In this document: positions 36,179-46,578 of the stretch, one piece after another
Numbering within the stretch: position 1 is the first letter of the stretch
Layout of the letters: the number at the start of each line of letters is the position of its first letter
IMG/VR virus record: IMGVR_UViG_3300031867_000027
Span: 28,752 to 92,751 of that record
Source of the DNA: a virus
Lineage: Duplodnaviria; Caudoviricetes
Strand: one strand, 5' to 3'
Length of the DNA: 64,000 nt
Program-made: the position numbers and the translations under genes
Notes under the pieces: generated by a model
What the model saw: the letters and a program-made list of their open reading frames with translations, nothing else
Told to the model about the DNA's origin: nothing
The model's database searches: none

Positions 36179-36948
36179 TGGCATTCAGACAAGTGAATTT
36201 TGAACACCTTGCAAAATTCAATTCAGAAGCAAGTAGTATTCTTATTAATAAGTATAAGGATCAGCTTATTGCCAACATACAAAGTGAGTGTGCAGGACCT
36301 AAATCCTGCACATTCGCTCCATCCTCTATGCGCTGTAACCGTAAATCTTGGTTTAGGTTGAGAGGTACACAACCGGATTTTATTGCAGAACCGGATCTTG
36401 TGCTTAGTCATACCGCAGTAGTTGGAACAGCTTTGCATGAACATATCCAGTCTGTATTGGAGCAGGCTTTTGGTGCTGATTGGGTTTCAGTTGAGGACTA
36501 TCTTAAAGAGAATCCTATACCGTATAAATATGTCTTAACTCAGAATGGTCACGAAACGCTGGTTGAAATCCCTGAAATCCCTATAAAATTTGCGTGTGAC
36601 GGTATCTTACGTATACACGGTAAATTCTATTTATTGGAGATAAAGAGCTCTGAGTATAACAGCTGGGATAAGCTAACGACCACTAAACCACATCATATGG
36701 ACCAGATCGAAACTTATAGCACAATACTTAATATTCCAAATGTTTTGACTTTGTATGTAGATAGGCAATTCGGTGATGTTAAGTCCTATGAACACACTAT
36801 ACCTTTAGAACATATGATTGCCGTAAATGATAGAATAGCATATGTGAAACGTATGGTTGAGATGAATCTTGCACCTGACCGACTTCCTGTCGATGATTAT
36901 ATGTGCTTGAATTGTGAGTATAAAACTAAATGTAAGGAGTGGGGATAA
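36178..36948 (+). CDS. Cas4-like PD-(D/E)XK exonuclease
   Basis: PSS..C.R, GTALHE, DG..LEIKS, Q..Y, C-terminal C..CEY...C. Confidence 0.85.
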   Translation: MAFRQVNFEHLAKFNSEASSILINKYKDQLIANIQSECAGPKSCTFAPSSMRCNRKSWFRLRGTQPDFIAEPDLVLSHTAVVGTALHEHIQSVLEQAFGADWVSVEDYLKENPIPYKYVLTQNGHETLVEIPEIPIKFACDGILRIHGKFYLLEIKSSEYNSWDKLTTTKPHHMDQIETYSTILNIPNVLTLYVDRQFGDVKSYEHTIPLEHMIAVNDRIAYVKRMVEMNLAPDRLPVDDYMCLNCEYKTKCKEWG

Positions 36949-37991
36949 TGTCACTTGCAAATGATTACAGACCGAAAGATTGGGATGAAATGGTTGAGCA
37001 GAGTATCACTACTACTATTCTCAGGAACATCTGTGAATCTGATACAATTTCGTGTCGAAACTTTCTTCTTACAGGTCCGGCTGGCTGCGGAAAAACAACG
37101 ATTGCTCGTTTAATGTCTAATAAGTTAAACGGTGGAAATGCTGAAATCATTGAAATAGATGCTGCATCACACAGCGGAGCAGATGCTATGCGTGAGATAG
37201 TAGAGCAGGCTAAAACATATCCGATTGTCGGTAAGTATAAGTCCATTGTTTTAGATGAGGTTCACGCACTTTCAAGTCAGGGCTGGCAGGTGCTTCTCAA
37301 GACTCTTGAAGAAAGTCCGGCAAGGACCGTATTCTTTCTCTGTACTACTAACCCGGAGAAGATACCTAAGACTATCACTTCAAGAGTGCAACAGTTCCAA
37401 TTATCTAAGATAAGCTTACAGGGTATATGTAATCGAATCCAGTATGTGTTGGACTCTGAGATATCCAAGGGTCAGAACATAACATATACTCCGGATGGTA
37501 TCAGCTTTATTAGTAAGCTTGCGAATGGTGGTATGCGTGATGCGCTCACCTTACTTGATAAAGTGTTGGTCTACAGCTCTGATATTACATCTGAATCCGT
37601 AGCAACCGCTTTGAATTTAGCTAATTATGAAGATTACTTTGCATTGCTGAATGCGGTAGCAAAGCATAATAACGTTGAGATCACGGATGTAGTTGATAGA
37701 GTATATAATTCCGGTGTGAACTTCATTAAGTGGTTTGAAGAATTTCATTCTTTTCTTATGAACATAGTAAAGTATATTCTGTTGAAGGATATAAATAGAA
37801 CTATGATCCCAGCTCACTATGAAGATAAGTTATCCAAGTATAATATGAATCATTATTCTGCTTGCTTAAAGATATCTAATGTAGTGATGCAGATCAATCA
37901 GGATTTGAGAAGCACAAACTATTTACAGGAAACGGTTCTTACCCGGTTATGCTCTGTACCAGCTAAGTCACAGCCAAATAAAACTGAGTAA
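36939..37991 (+). CDS. dnaX: clamp loader gamma/tau subunit
   Basis: YRP, GPAGCGKTT, EIDAAS, DEVH, LLKTLEE, TITSR, GGMRDA. Confidence 0.93.
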   Translation: MGIMSLANDYRPKDWDEMVEQSITTTILRNICESDTISCRNFLLTGPAGCGKTTIARLMSNKLNGGNAEIIEIDAASHSGADAMREIVEQAKTYPIVGKYKSIVLDEVHALSSQGWQVLLKTLEESPARTVFFLCTTNPEKIPKTITSRVQQFQLSKISLQGICNRIQYVLDSEISKGQNITYTPDGISFISKLANGGMRDALTLLDKVLVYSSDITSESVATALNLANYEDYFALLNAVAKHNNVEITDVVDRVYNSGVNFIKWFEEFHSFLMNIVKYILLKDINRTMIPAHYEDKLSKYNMNHYSACLKISNVVMQINQDLRSTNYLQETVLTRLCSVPAKSQPNKTE

Positions 37992-38112
37992 TGTTTTGTG
38001 CAGTTTGCCTTTGAAATGAATATCAGCCTATAGGGTGAATACTTACTTCAAAGGCAATATGCACAAGAAATACATATGAGCATACATATGATAATAAAAT
38101 TTATTAACTGAG

Positions 38113-38673
38113 GTGATTTTTATGAATGACTCTATATACATAGATGACATCAATGATGTATCCGGTTGGTGTGATTCTAACTATGAGAAGGGATTCTCTA
38201 AGTATTTCAAGGGCATCCGTGAACTGTCTAAGCGGCTGAGTTCAAATTCCAGACCGATAACAGATAATGAACTTCAACACATATTAATAGACTTACCTAT
38301 GGCTTTATTTGATGCATCCGAAGCATTAAGTAAGCTGTACTTGGCATTAGAAGTAATCAAATTGAAGTCTAAGGAAGAAGAGTGTCAGTTCATTAAGGCA
38401 TCTACCGCAAAGACTATCACAGAACGTAAAGATGAAGCGGCTGTACAGATGACAGAGACTAAGGTGCTAATGATTGCATATCAGACACTTATTAGTCGGG
38501 TGGAAAATGAGATATCCTTATCAAAGGAGCTCATTATGGGTGCAAAGAAGGTATGGGATTCACGCAGAAGGACAGAAGAATCCAATCCGGTTAATCCTAT
38601 AGACCCTGATAAGAAACAGGATATCAATAGACTACCCGATTATAAGACACCGATATTTGGAGGTATAGATTGA
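38113..38673 (+). CDS. hypothetical helical protein (possible recombination mediator)
   Basis: ORF upstream of recA. Confidence 0.65.
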   Translation: MIFMNDSIYIDDINDVSGWCDSNYEKGFSKYFKGIRELSKRLSSNSRPITDNELQHILIDLPMALFDASEALSKLYLALEVIKLKSKEEECQFIKASTAKTITERKDEAAVQMTETKVLMIAYQTLISRVENEISLSKELIMGAKKVWDSRRRTEESNPVNPIDPDKKQDINRLPDYKTPIFGGID

Positions 38674-38846
38674 TGATGAATATTAAAGAAGCTATTGAGC
38701 GCGAGCTTGCCAGCTGTGAGCGGCAGCTTAGTGTTGAAGCAACCGAAGTTGCTAAACATCAGGCTATATATGATTGCTACCGGGATAGAAAATGTATGTT
38801 AGAGACATTTTTGGAAGTAGTATCAAAGGAGGATAATGAGCAATGA
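38673..38846 (+). CDS. small hypothetical protein (not in track)
   Basis: GGAGGT RBS; 57 aa; stop overlaps recA start. Confidence 0.6.
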   Translation: MMNIKEAIERELASCERQLSVEATEVAKHQAIYDCYRDRKCMLETFLEVVSKEDNEQ

Positions 38847-40003
38847 GCTATGCGGATATAATCAAGAGAAAGCAGAAAGAGTGGGGATGTAGTTCACTTA
38901 TGAATGCAGTATTTGAAGTACAGGGAGAGCGTATCCCATTCTCATCACCGCTGATGAACTGGTTCACTTACGGTGGTGTTCCACGGAATAAAGTTACGGA
39001 GGTCTATGGGGATTTCGGATCAGGCAAGTCAACGGTATCACAGGATATTTGCAAAAATGCTGCTGCATTGTTTCAGACTGAGTATGATGCGAAGGTATCT
39101 GAACTACAAGAAAAGATTGCATCCGGTAATAAGACAGCAAAAGATGAACTTGAGGAACTGGAAGAACTCGGACCAAAGAAAGTTCTCTATATTGACATAG
39201 AGCATTCCTTTGATATTACGTGGGCTAAGACACTTGGGTTGGATTTAAGTGTCATAGATGTGATGCAGCCACCCAACGTGTTCGGTGAAGATGTATTGCA
39301 GACCGTAAGAGAACTTGTTGAAACAGGTGAATTAGGCCTTATCGTATTAGATTCTCTTCCGGCACTCACACCCAAAACGGTTATGGAAAAGAAAATTGGT
39401 GAAAGAACGGTAGCAGCATTGGCAGGTCTGCTTGACACCTTCTATAAGTTGATTATTCCGTTGCTTACAAGATATGGTTGTACGCTTATCTGTATTAATC
39501 AGATCCGTGACAGTATGGATAATCCTTATATAGTAAAGACCCCCGGTGGCAATGCACCACGCTTCTATGCTTCTCTGAGATTGATGATGAGAAAAGGTAA
39601 GCCTATTGATTTCCTTGGTAATGAACTTCCTCAAACTGCTGAGAATCCGGCAGGTTGTATCATTCAAGCTACGATGACCAAGCAGAAAACTGCTCCTAAT
39701 GACAGAAAAATGGGTACCTTCTATCTAATGTTCCAGAGTGGAATTCGACCGGACTTCGACTATGCTACACTTGGAATCAAGAACTATGGATTAATCAAGA
39801 AATCAACAGGTTGGTATAGTTTTGTAGATCCCACAACGGGAGAACTTCTTGTGGATGAGACTGGTAAGACTATAAAGGTCAACGGACTCGGCAAGGTCTA
39901 TGATTTCCTCAACTCTAATGAGGATTACTATAAGAAGCTCAGAGATTATATTACCGCTGATATTAATGGAAAGGATGCCGCTAATGACGAAGAATCCGAC
40001 TAA
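38843..40003 (+). CDS. recA: RecA/UvsX recombinase
   Basis: GGVPR, YGDFGSGKST, YIDIEH, LDSLPAL, INQIR, TPGG.A.RFYAS.R. Confidence 0.93.
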   Translation: MSYADIIKRKQKEWGCSSLMNAVFEVQGERIPFSSPLMNWFTYGGVPRNKVTEVYGDFGSGKSTVSQDICKNAAALFQTEYDAKVSELQEKIASGNKTAKDELEELEELGPKKVLYIDIEHSFDITWAKTLGLDLSVIDVMQPPNVFGEDVLQTVRELVETGELGLIVLDSLPALTPKTVMEKKIGERTVAALAGLLDTFYKLIIPLLTRYGCTLICINQIRDSMDNPYIVKTPGGNAPRFYASLRLMMRKGKPIDFLGNELPQTAENPAGCIIQATMTKQKTAPNDRKMGTFYLMFQSGIRPDFDYATLGIKNYGLIKKSTGWYSFVDPTTGELLVDETGKTIKVNGLGKVYDFLNSNEDYYKKLRDYITADINGKDAANDEESD

Positions 40004-40478
40004 GTATTATAGCACAAAGCAGGAACAGATGATAGCAGATTACCTTGGATGGTCTGCTACCCCTGCCAGTGGAGCAAGATTGTTCAATCCGGGAGATGTT
40101 AAATCCTCAGATTGGTTAGCTGAGTGCAAAACTCATACTGAACCTAAAGACAAGATAGTTATAAAAAAGGACTGGTGGGTTAAGCTTGCAAATGAAGCCA
40201 AGGGTGTAATGAGAACACCGATTCTGTGTGTGGATAACGGTACTCAGAGACTAATCAATACGTGGGTTGTTATTCCTAAGTATTGTTATAGTGGTGACTA
40301 CCATAAGGTTGAGGAGTTAGGCTGCATAGATTCCCCAAAATCTTTTAGCTTTAGCCATTCAAGAGCTTTAGCCTTATTCAATGATACCGGAGTGTATGAA
40401 CTTTCGATAAACAATGAATCGTTATTATTAATGAAGATACAATGCTTCAAATCTAAATTCTTTGATGGGATAGGGTGA
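39984..40478 (+). CDS. Holliday junction resolvase-like PD-(D/E)XK nuclease
   Basis: QE..IA..LG..TPASGA..GDV...LAECKT. Confidence 0.75.
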   Translation: MTKNPTKYYSTKQEQMIADYLGWSATPASGARLFNPGDVKSSDWLAECKTHTEPKDKIVIKKDWWVKLANEAKGVMRTPILCVDNGTQRLINTWVVIPKYCYSGDYHKVEELGCIDSPKSFSFSHSRALALFNDTGVYELSINNESLLLMKIQCFKSKFFDGIG

Positions 40479-40810
40479 ATATGTTGACTACTGCTATAGA
40501 TAGAAAGTTTAAGTCACAAGGCTATACTAAGATCTCAGAATCAGAGTATGGTGTAGTATATGTAAAATCTGAAAGGTTTGGAATAGCCGAGATACGTATA
40601 TATCATACATCAAGTGATGTTTTGATAGAAAGCGTATACACATTGGGGCATACAGCTATCCCCAAGACTACACATTATGCTTTGACCTATAAATTGTTGA
40701 AACTTGTAGATAGAAAAATCCGAGAGCTCAAACGGAAATATCAGTGGGGAGATGAACCAAGTGACGATTCAGGAAGCCGGGAAACAGATCCTAACCAATC
40801 AGCCGACTAA
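40475..40810 (+). CDS. hypothetical protein
   Basis: ORF after promoter motif at 40416. Confidence 0.6.
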   Translation: MNMLTTAIDRKFKSQGYTKISESEYGVVYVKSERFGIAEIRIYHTSSDVLIESVYTLGHTAIPKTTHYALTYKLLKLVDRKIRELKRKYQWGDEPSDDSGSRETDPNQSAD

Positions 40811-41663
40811 GTTCTATATCTTCTGTGGTGAGGAATATGGCATAAAGTTTCGATATATTGAACAGTTGAAACAGCATTACGGTAGTATATCTGAGGTCAA
40901 TACCGTGGATGAAGTAATTAGTCTGATGCGCAAGAAAAGGTTGTTTCCGTTGCAACCAAAGGTCTATGTGATTAGATATGATGATACATTTATATCCAGC
41001 ATCAATGATAAGACTGCGGATTTAATAGCTTCTACCAATATAGTGGGTACAATAGTTTGTATATATGAGCAGACTAAGCATCGGACTAAGTGCAATAAGT
41101 ATCTGCTTGATTACACTGTAACATTTGATCCGGTGAATCCTACATTTATAAAGCAGTATTTGGAATCCGATTTTCCAAATCTTCCTACTACGTGTATAGA
41201 TATGGCTATAAAGCTCAGAGGCGATTATATGGGAGCATACCATATATGTGAGAGTATGACCTATGCCGGGATGTATGTAGATGATACTGTGGCTATGGTT
41301 AAGGCATTCAGTTCAACCGTAGCTACTGAGAATAATGCATTTAGATATGCCTTTGCCGCAAAGGACTTTAATTTGAGCTTGCATATTATAGATGAGTACA
41401 CCGGAGAGTTATCTGCTATGTTCTATACTATGCTTATGGCTCTGATAGAATTAGAGCGTATATCTTGTACCCCTAAGTGTAAGTCTGACCTTGGTAGATA
41501 TGCAAAGTTGTGGAGTGCTAATAGCATCTATTGGGCGTTTATGCACGTATACAATGAGCTCAGACAATCAAGATCCGGTGTATCATATAATGTGTATGAT
41601 CGGTTGATATATCTCCTATCTATTATGCAGTATCAGGAAATTCCGGCGTTAGGAGTGATATAG
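40752..41663 (+). CDS. holA: clamp loader delta-like subunit
   Basis: FYIFCGEEY, RLF..KVYVIR; position among clamp-loader genes. Confidence 0.6.
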   Translation: MNQVTIQEAGKQILTNQPTKFYIFCGEEYGIKFRYIEQLKQHYGSISEVNTVDEVISLMRKKRLFPLQPKVYVIRYDDTFISSINDKTADLIASTNIVGTIVCIYEQTKHRTKCNKYLLDYTVTFDPVNPTFIKQYLESDFPNLPTTCIDMAIKLRGDYMGAYHICESMTYAGMYVDDTVAMVKAFSSTVATENNAFRYAFAAKDFNLSLHIIDEYTGELSAMFYTMLMALIELERISCTPKCKSDLGRYAKLWSANSIYWAFMHVYNELRQSRSGVSYNVYDRLIYLLSIMQYQEIPALGVI

Positions 41664-41664
41664 T

Positions 41665-42444
41665 ATGCATTTGATGAATCAGCAACAGGCACTTATTGAC
41701 CTTACTCAGTTGGCAGAGCAGAGAAAACAGGCCGTTGTTATCAGCGGAGCATATGCTGTGGGAAAGACATATCTTGCAAGAGAGTATGGCAAGCTATTAG
41801 GTATTCCAGATTTCACGGTGATTGAACCCAAAGTTAATGACATCAAATCAATGATAGATTCTCTGATTCAGTTAGAAACCCCTATAGTTCTTTGTATTGA
41901 GAACCTTGACCTTGGTGTAGCCGCAGCATCTTATACATTGTTGAAGTTTTTGGAAGAGCCAAAATCCAACATATACATCGTTATAACTTGTAGGAACATA
42001 TCTCAGATCCCGGATACTATACTTAGTAGAGCAATCTTGGTGTCTGTACCTAACATACTGTCTGCTGATATAGATGCTTATGCTAAGACTAAGGACTCAC
42101 CATTGATTCAGACAATCCAAAATGATAATGTCTTGTGGCGGTGCATTCGGAATTTCGTGGAGCTGGATATGCTCATCGCTTTATCAGATAAGAACATATC
42201 TTATTTTAAGGATGTGATAGGTAATATATCACCTAAGAATTCCGTATCAAGTATAGTGTGGAAAATGCAGAAATTCCCGGATGGGTCAGCTGTACCTACG
42301 GAGATATTGCTGAGATACCTGATGTATAGTAATTCAGCGTGGTATCCATTGTGCCTAAGAGCTTTGAATGACTTAGCTTTGAACCGGATGAGTGCTCACG
42401 CTATACTTAGCAAGCTTGTATTTGAATTGAAATATGCGGTGTGA
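41665..42444 (+). CDS. holB: clamp loader delta-prime-like subunit
   Basis: GAYAVGKT, LLKFLEEP, IPDTILSR. Confidence 0.75.
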   Translation: MHLMNQQQALIDLTQLAEQRKQAVVISGAYAVGKTYLAREYGKLLGIPDFTVIEPKVNDIKSMIDSLIQLETPIVLCIENLDLGVAAASYTLLKFLEEPKSNIYIVITCRNISQIPDTILSRAILVSVPNILSADIDAYAKTKDSPLIQTIQNDNVLWRCIRNFVELDMLIALSDKNISYFKDVIGNISPKNSVSSIVWKMQKFPDGSAVPTEILLRYLMYSNSAWYPLCLRALNDLALNRMSAHAILSKLVFELKYAV

Positions 42445-42453
42445 GGTGTTTGT

Positions 42454-43383
42454 GTGAAGATAGGATTAATTGATGTGGATGGTCACAATTTCCCTAATCT
42501 TGCGCTTATGAGAATATCAGCCTATCATAAATCCATAGGTGATGATGTATCTTGGTGGAGTGCAGATTCGGCTATGTATGATATTGTATATATGAGCAAG
42601 ATATTTTCTAATACTTATACATCGCCAGTATCACGTCCTTTGAATTGTAAGAAGCTGGTTAAGGGTGGAACAGGATTTGCAATCAGTAACATTGATGGCG
42701 TTGAAGTATATGATCGGTCAAAGGATAGTGTTTTACCTCCTGATATGGAAAAGATGTTTCCGGACTATAGTATATATCCTGAATTCAATTTTGCAGTTAG
42801 TATGACATCAAGGGGATGTCCAAGAGGTTGCGCTTTTTGTCACGTAGTTTCAAAAGAGGGAAAGTGCGCTGTAAAAGTAGCAGATGTATCAGATTTTTGG
42901 TGTGGTCAGAGTGAAATTAAGGTATTGAACCCTAACATAACAGCGTTGAAACCCATAGATAAGCGAGATTTGATGACACAGTATATTAGTACAGGTGCGG
43001 TTATAGATTTCACTCAGGGATTAGATATTAGGCTGCTTACAGAGGATGATATATCAGATATAAATGCTATGCGTATAAGTGAGATTCATTTTGCGTGGGA
43101 TAATCCTAATGATGCACTAACCGATAAATTTAGGTATTATGCTGATAGAGCGAAGCATAAGCCACACGGTCACTTGGGTACGGTATATTGCCTTACTAAT
43201 TTTAACAGTATGATGGAGCAAAACTTATATAGGATATATACATTAAGAGATATGGGGTTTAATCCATATGTTATGGTGTATGACAAACCTAATGCTCCAA
43301 AGGAGATAAAGCGGCTACAACGTTGGTGTAATAATAAGTGGATATTCCGCACTTGTGATAGATTTGAGGATTATAAGCCATGA
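42454..43383 (+). CDS. radical SAM protein
   Basis: FPNLALM; TSRGCPRGCAFC (CxxxCxxC); DFTQGLDIRL. Confidence 0.85.
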   Translation: MKIGLIDVDGHNFPNLALMRISAYHKSIGDDVSWWSADSAMYDIVYMSKIFSNTYTSPVSRPLNCKKLVKGGTGFAISNIDGVEVYDRSKDSVLPPDMEKMFPDYSIYPEFNFAVSMTSRGCPRGCAFCHVVSKEGKCAVKVADVSDFWCGQSEIKVLNPNITALKPIDKRDLMTQYISTGAVIDFTQGLDIRLLTEDDISDINAMRISEIHFAWDNPNDALTDKFRYYADRAKHKPHGHLGTVYCLTNFNSMMEQNLYRIYTLRDMGFNPYVMVYDKPNAPKEIKRLQRWCNNKWIFRTCDRFEDYKP

Positions 43384-43952
43384 GTGCAGTAAAATTAAAA
43401 CAGTTATCTAATTTAATGCTCTTAGCAAATCTTCTAAGCACCGTATTCTATTCATTGTCATATCCCTATATCTATGCTGAAACCGTGAAAGTAGTACCAA
43501 AACAGTTTATCAGCTTAGAGCAGATAATAGCCTGTGTGTCGATAATTATATTCTGCCGATTGTGGAATAAGTATAGCGATAGGCTTTTCAAGCATTATAG
43601 GTTGATGCTTTGGTGTGAAGTGATTGCAGATTTAGTGTTGTTTGCAGATGTTATCATCAGGAATGATCTACGGTTTTACTTTCTATTCAACATCATAATA
43701 TTTGCCGTGATAACAAGAAACCTTATCTGCGGAAATACTAAGCTGAAAGCAAAGGTAAATCCAACGGAGAAACTAAGAGAGCGATTCGACAATAACCTAA
43801 ATATTGTAGATTCTACAGCTACATTGTTAGGAGCAGGCACAGCTATGTTTGTTCCTTTCAGCCTGAGAACACTATTTGTATTTGCGCTGATAGGGAACAT
43901 CATAGATAACTTTATATACCTATACATATATAATAAAGCCGTAAAGGAGTGA
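43380..43952 (+). CDS. multi-pass membrane protein (half-MFS-like)
   Basis: About six hydrophobic segments. Confidence 0.7.
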   Translation: MSAVKLKQLSNLMLLANLLSTVFYSLSYPYIYAETVKVVPKQFISLEQIIACVSIIIFCRLWNKYSDRLFKHYRLMLWCEVIADLVLFADVIIRNDLRFYFLFNIIIFAVITRNLICGNTKLKAKVNPTEKLRERFDNNLNIVDSTATLLGAGTAMFVPFSLRTLFVFALIGNIIDNFIYLYIYNKAVKE

Positions 43953-43956
43953 TACT

Positions 43957-44175
43957 ATGCTTGAAATACAGGTGAATGAATCAGATGTGCAAGTTCGCAT
44001 TAAGGGCGATTGCGAAGTGGATCTAAGGGCAGAGTTACTTATGGCAGCTCACGCTATTACCGGCCTATGGGCTAAAGGTACAGATATGTCATTTGATAAA
44101 TCGGTTATTATGATAATGCAGGGACTTTTGTCCTGCAACAGCGAAATTGAGATAGGAGAAGATGACGATGAATAA
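43957..44175 (+). CDS. hypothetical protein
   Basis: AAGGAGTGA RBS. Confidence 0.65.
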   Translation: MLEIQVNESDVQVRIKGDCEVDLRAELLMAAHAITGLWAKGTDMSFDKSVIMIMQGLLSCNSEIEIGEDDDE

Positions 44176-45295
44176 AAAGGAAGTAACAGAGATCAAGAAG
44201 AATTTCAATGAGGACTGCGGATTCTTTACGATGAATAAGGTACTCATAACAATGGTCAGTGGTGATGGTGATATCCTCTTTACCAAAAGACCAACTATGT
44301 TCAGTATGACCGAGCGTGAGCTTGATATGTACTATACAATGTTAAGAAATGTTCTGAGTACCAAAGTTGGTAGGAATCTTATACAGTACACATTCAAGGA
44401 TGATGATGACGGTAAGACTGCAAGAGGAAAACTGTTCGCAGCGGTTTTAACCAATCTGAATGAAGATAATGCAATGGCTGATTATGTGAACCACATTGTT
44501 GACTCCGTTGTATACTCCGGACCGTATGCAGTTATTACTGCTCATTGTACTTATACGGTAAGGCATAAGCATAAGGATGATACAATCAATGAGGATTCTA
44601 ATGAGGATTATAATTTTATCATCGCAGCATTCTGTCCGGCAAATACAGTAGACAGCGGATTCTCCTTCAATAATGCAACAGGTGATTTCTCTACAGAGTC
44701 TGATCCTAAGCTTTATATCTCTAAAAAGCCCACTGATGGATTCATTTACCCGGCATTTAATAACCGAACATCTGATGTGAATTCAATTATGTACTACACA
44801 AAGTCACCAAAGGATATGAATACTTCTATTGTTGAATTCACGTTAGGTGCTACATATACAATGTCTCCGGTTCAGGAAACAGATACATTCAACTATCTTA
44901 TAACTCAGACGTTCGGTGATGATACTAATTATCCGCTGATATATATGCTGAATGAAAAGCTCAATGCTCAGTATGATGCTTATAAGGATGACAGCGATCC
45001 GGTTTTGGTTGGGGTCAATGAAATATCAACTATGCTTGAATCCATTGGAGTAGAACCTGCTGATGTTGAGAAATTCCGAAATATGTATTCACTATTCTGC
45101 GATGGTATGACCTTCAATGTTGTGAATCTGATATGCAAAAATATTAAGTTCAAAACAACAGAGGGTTCAATCAGTATTAACTCAGGATTCGGTGATAAGG
45201 TGTCTCCGGTTGTTGTAGATGGAGCAAAGTCAATAAAGGTATCAACCGATGATACTAAGATTGTGGTCAATGATATACCTGTGACCCTTAAATAA
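44162..45295 (+). CDS. DUF4317-like protein
   Basis: MNKKEV.EIKK; KPTDGFIYPAFNNR.SDVN..MYY. Confidence 0.7.
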   Translation: MTMNKKEVTEIKKNFNEDCGFFTMNKVLITMVSGDGDILFTKRPTMFSMTERELDMYYTMLRNVLSTKVGRNLIQYTFKDDDDGKTARGKLFAAVLTNLNEDNAMADYVNHIVDSVVYSGPYAVITAHCTYTVRHKHKDDTINEDSNEDYNFIIAAFCPANTVDSGFSFNNATGDFSTESDPKLYISKKPTDGFIYPAFNNRTSDVNSIMYYTKSPKDMNTSIVEFTLGATYTMSPVQETDTFNYLITQTFGDDTNYPLIYMLNEKLNAQYDAYKDDSDPVLVGVNEISTMLESIGVEPADVEKFRNMYSLFCDGMTFNVVNLICKNIKFKTTEGSISINSGFGDKVSPVVVDGAKSIKVSTDDTKIVVNDIPVTLK

Positions 45296-45334
45296 CGTCA
45301 TCTCCTATACATTATTATATACTCCTTATATCAG

Positions 45335-45374
45335 GAAAAGCAGACTTGGTATCTATTACTGAGTCTGTTTTTCT
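45335..45374 (+). terminator. terminator ending the replication operon
   Basis: GAAAAGCAGACTTGG...CTGAGTCTGTTTTTC. Confidence 0.65.
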
Positions 45375-45437
45375 TAAAAATAAAGAATCAACCTTATATA
45401 ATAGTAGAACTATATTTGATATTCCGGTGGTGATATA

Positions 45438-45833
45438 ATGAGCCTCGACTATTCAAATCATTTCAATTTATATGAACACAATGAAGCCGTAGCTCATAGT
45501 GCTACTATAAATGTCGGTGATCTTCAAGATAAGTTTTTCCTAAAGCTACCTAACGGACTTGCTAAATATCTCACTTTAACCAAGATAGAGCGTGTCGGTC
45601 TTGAAGATAACGGTTCGGATGTTGATATTGAGGATAAAGTGGAGCAGGAGACAGGTAGAATATGGATTACCGTAGATAAAGGTGTATTTGATGTGACGGT
45701 AGGATTCCATATGTATCGACTTGTATTTGATGATTCAGATTTGCAGACAGAGCGATATTTGTATTTCTGTTACCACATTCAGGATAATGCTCCTGAAAAG
45801 CCATACATTTATATGAATCGAGAGGAGACTTAA
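45438..45833 (+). CDS. hypothetical late protein
   Basis: First ORF after AACCTTATATA at 45390. Confidence 0.7.
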   Translation: MSLDYSNHFNLYEHNEAVAHSATINVGDLQDKFFLKLPNGLAKYLTLTKIERVGLEDNGSDVDIEDKVEQETGRIWITVDKGVFDVTVGFHMYRLVFDDSDLQTERYLYFCYHIQDNAPEKPYIYMNREET

Positions 45834-45837
45834 TCCT

Positions 45838-46578
45838 ATGAGCAGTTGTAAGACAGCAATTATGTCATCTAAGCTTTACTTGGCCTGTGATGCTTCTAAG
45901 AAAAAGAAGATTCTTGCAGCATTGGCAGACCCCATCAATGTGGAACTTGTTGAGCAGCTTGATGAGTATATTGGTGATGAATATAAACAGACTCAGCCTA
46001 AAGATACTGATGTTAAGCAGAGCGATTCTGAGGATAAGTCACAGGAGACAGCTGAGACTGCTCCCGGTTCTAATCCGAAAGCCATCAGACCGTCAGGCTC
46101 ATCCGGTTCTTTGTTTGATAAACACAAGGATGAGCTTTTGGAAGAAGATGATGAGTGGGATCCGGATTCAACTTCCGGAACATCTGATGAAGCTGATACC
46201 GATACTGTGGTAGAGAATTCTGTCAAGATGGGTTCTAAACAGAAAGTAACCGCAGATACTTTAGTGACAAACCCCACAATAGGTATTAACAATACTATCA
46301 TCAATACTGCACACGAAGTAAAGGGTCTGCTTAATGCAAAAGGGGATACCGCAGGTGTTGCAAGAGTGAATGTGAAAAATGATGAGCTTTGGGTTTATTA
46401 CAGTGATGACGTCAATCTCAATAACGTGATGACCCCGGCTATAGATTCACTCAATGCAGCTTGCTATAGCAATCTTGTGTTCAATCGACTCGCACGTACT
46501 GAGAATGCTATCGTATTCACAATTACAGTATGTGATACGGGTGCTCCGGTGCAGCCTGCAACAACCGATGAAAAATAA
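45838..46578 (+). CDS. hypothetical protein with acidic linker (head-assembly candidate)
   Basis: GAGGAG RBS; late operon. Confidence 0.65.
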   Translation: MSSCKTAIMSSKLYLACDASKKKKILAALADPINVELVEQLDEYIGDEYKQTQPKDTDVKQSDSEDKSQETAETAPGSNPKAIRPSGSSGSLFDKHKDELLEEDDEWDPDSTSGTSDEADTDTVVENSVKMGSKQKVTADTLVTNPTIGINNTIINTAHEVKGLLNAKGDTAGVARVNVKNDELWVYYSDDVNLNNVMTPAIDSLNAACYSNLVFNRLARTENAIVFTITVCDTGAPVQPATTDEK

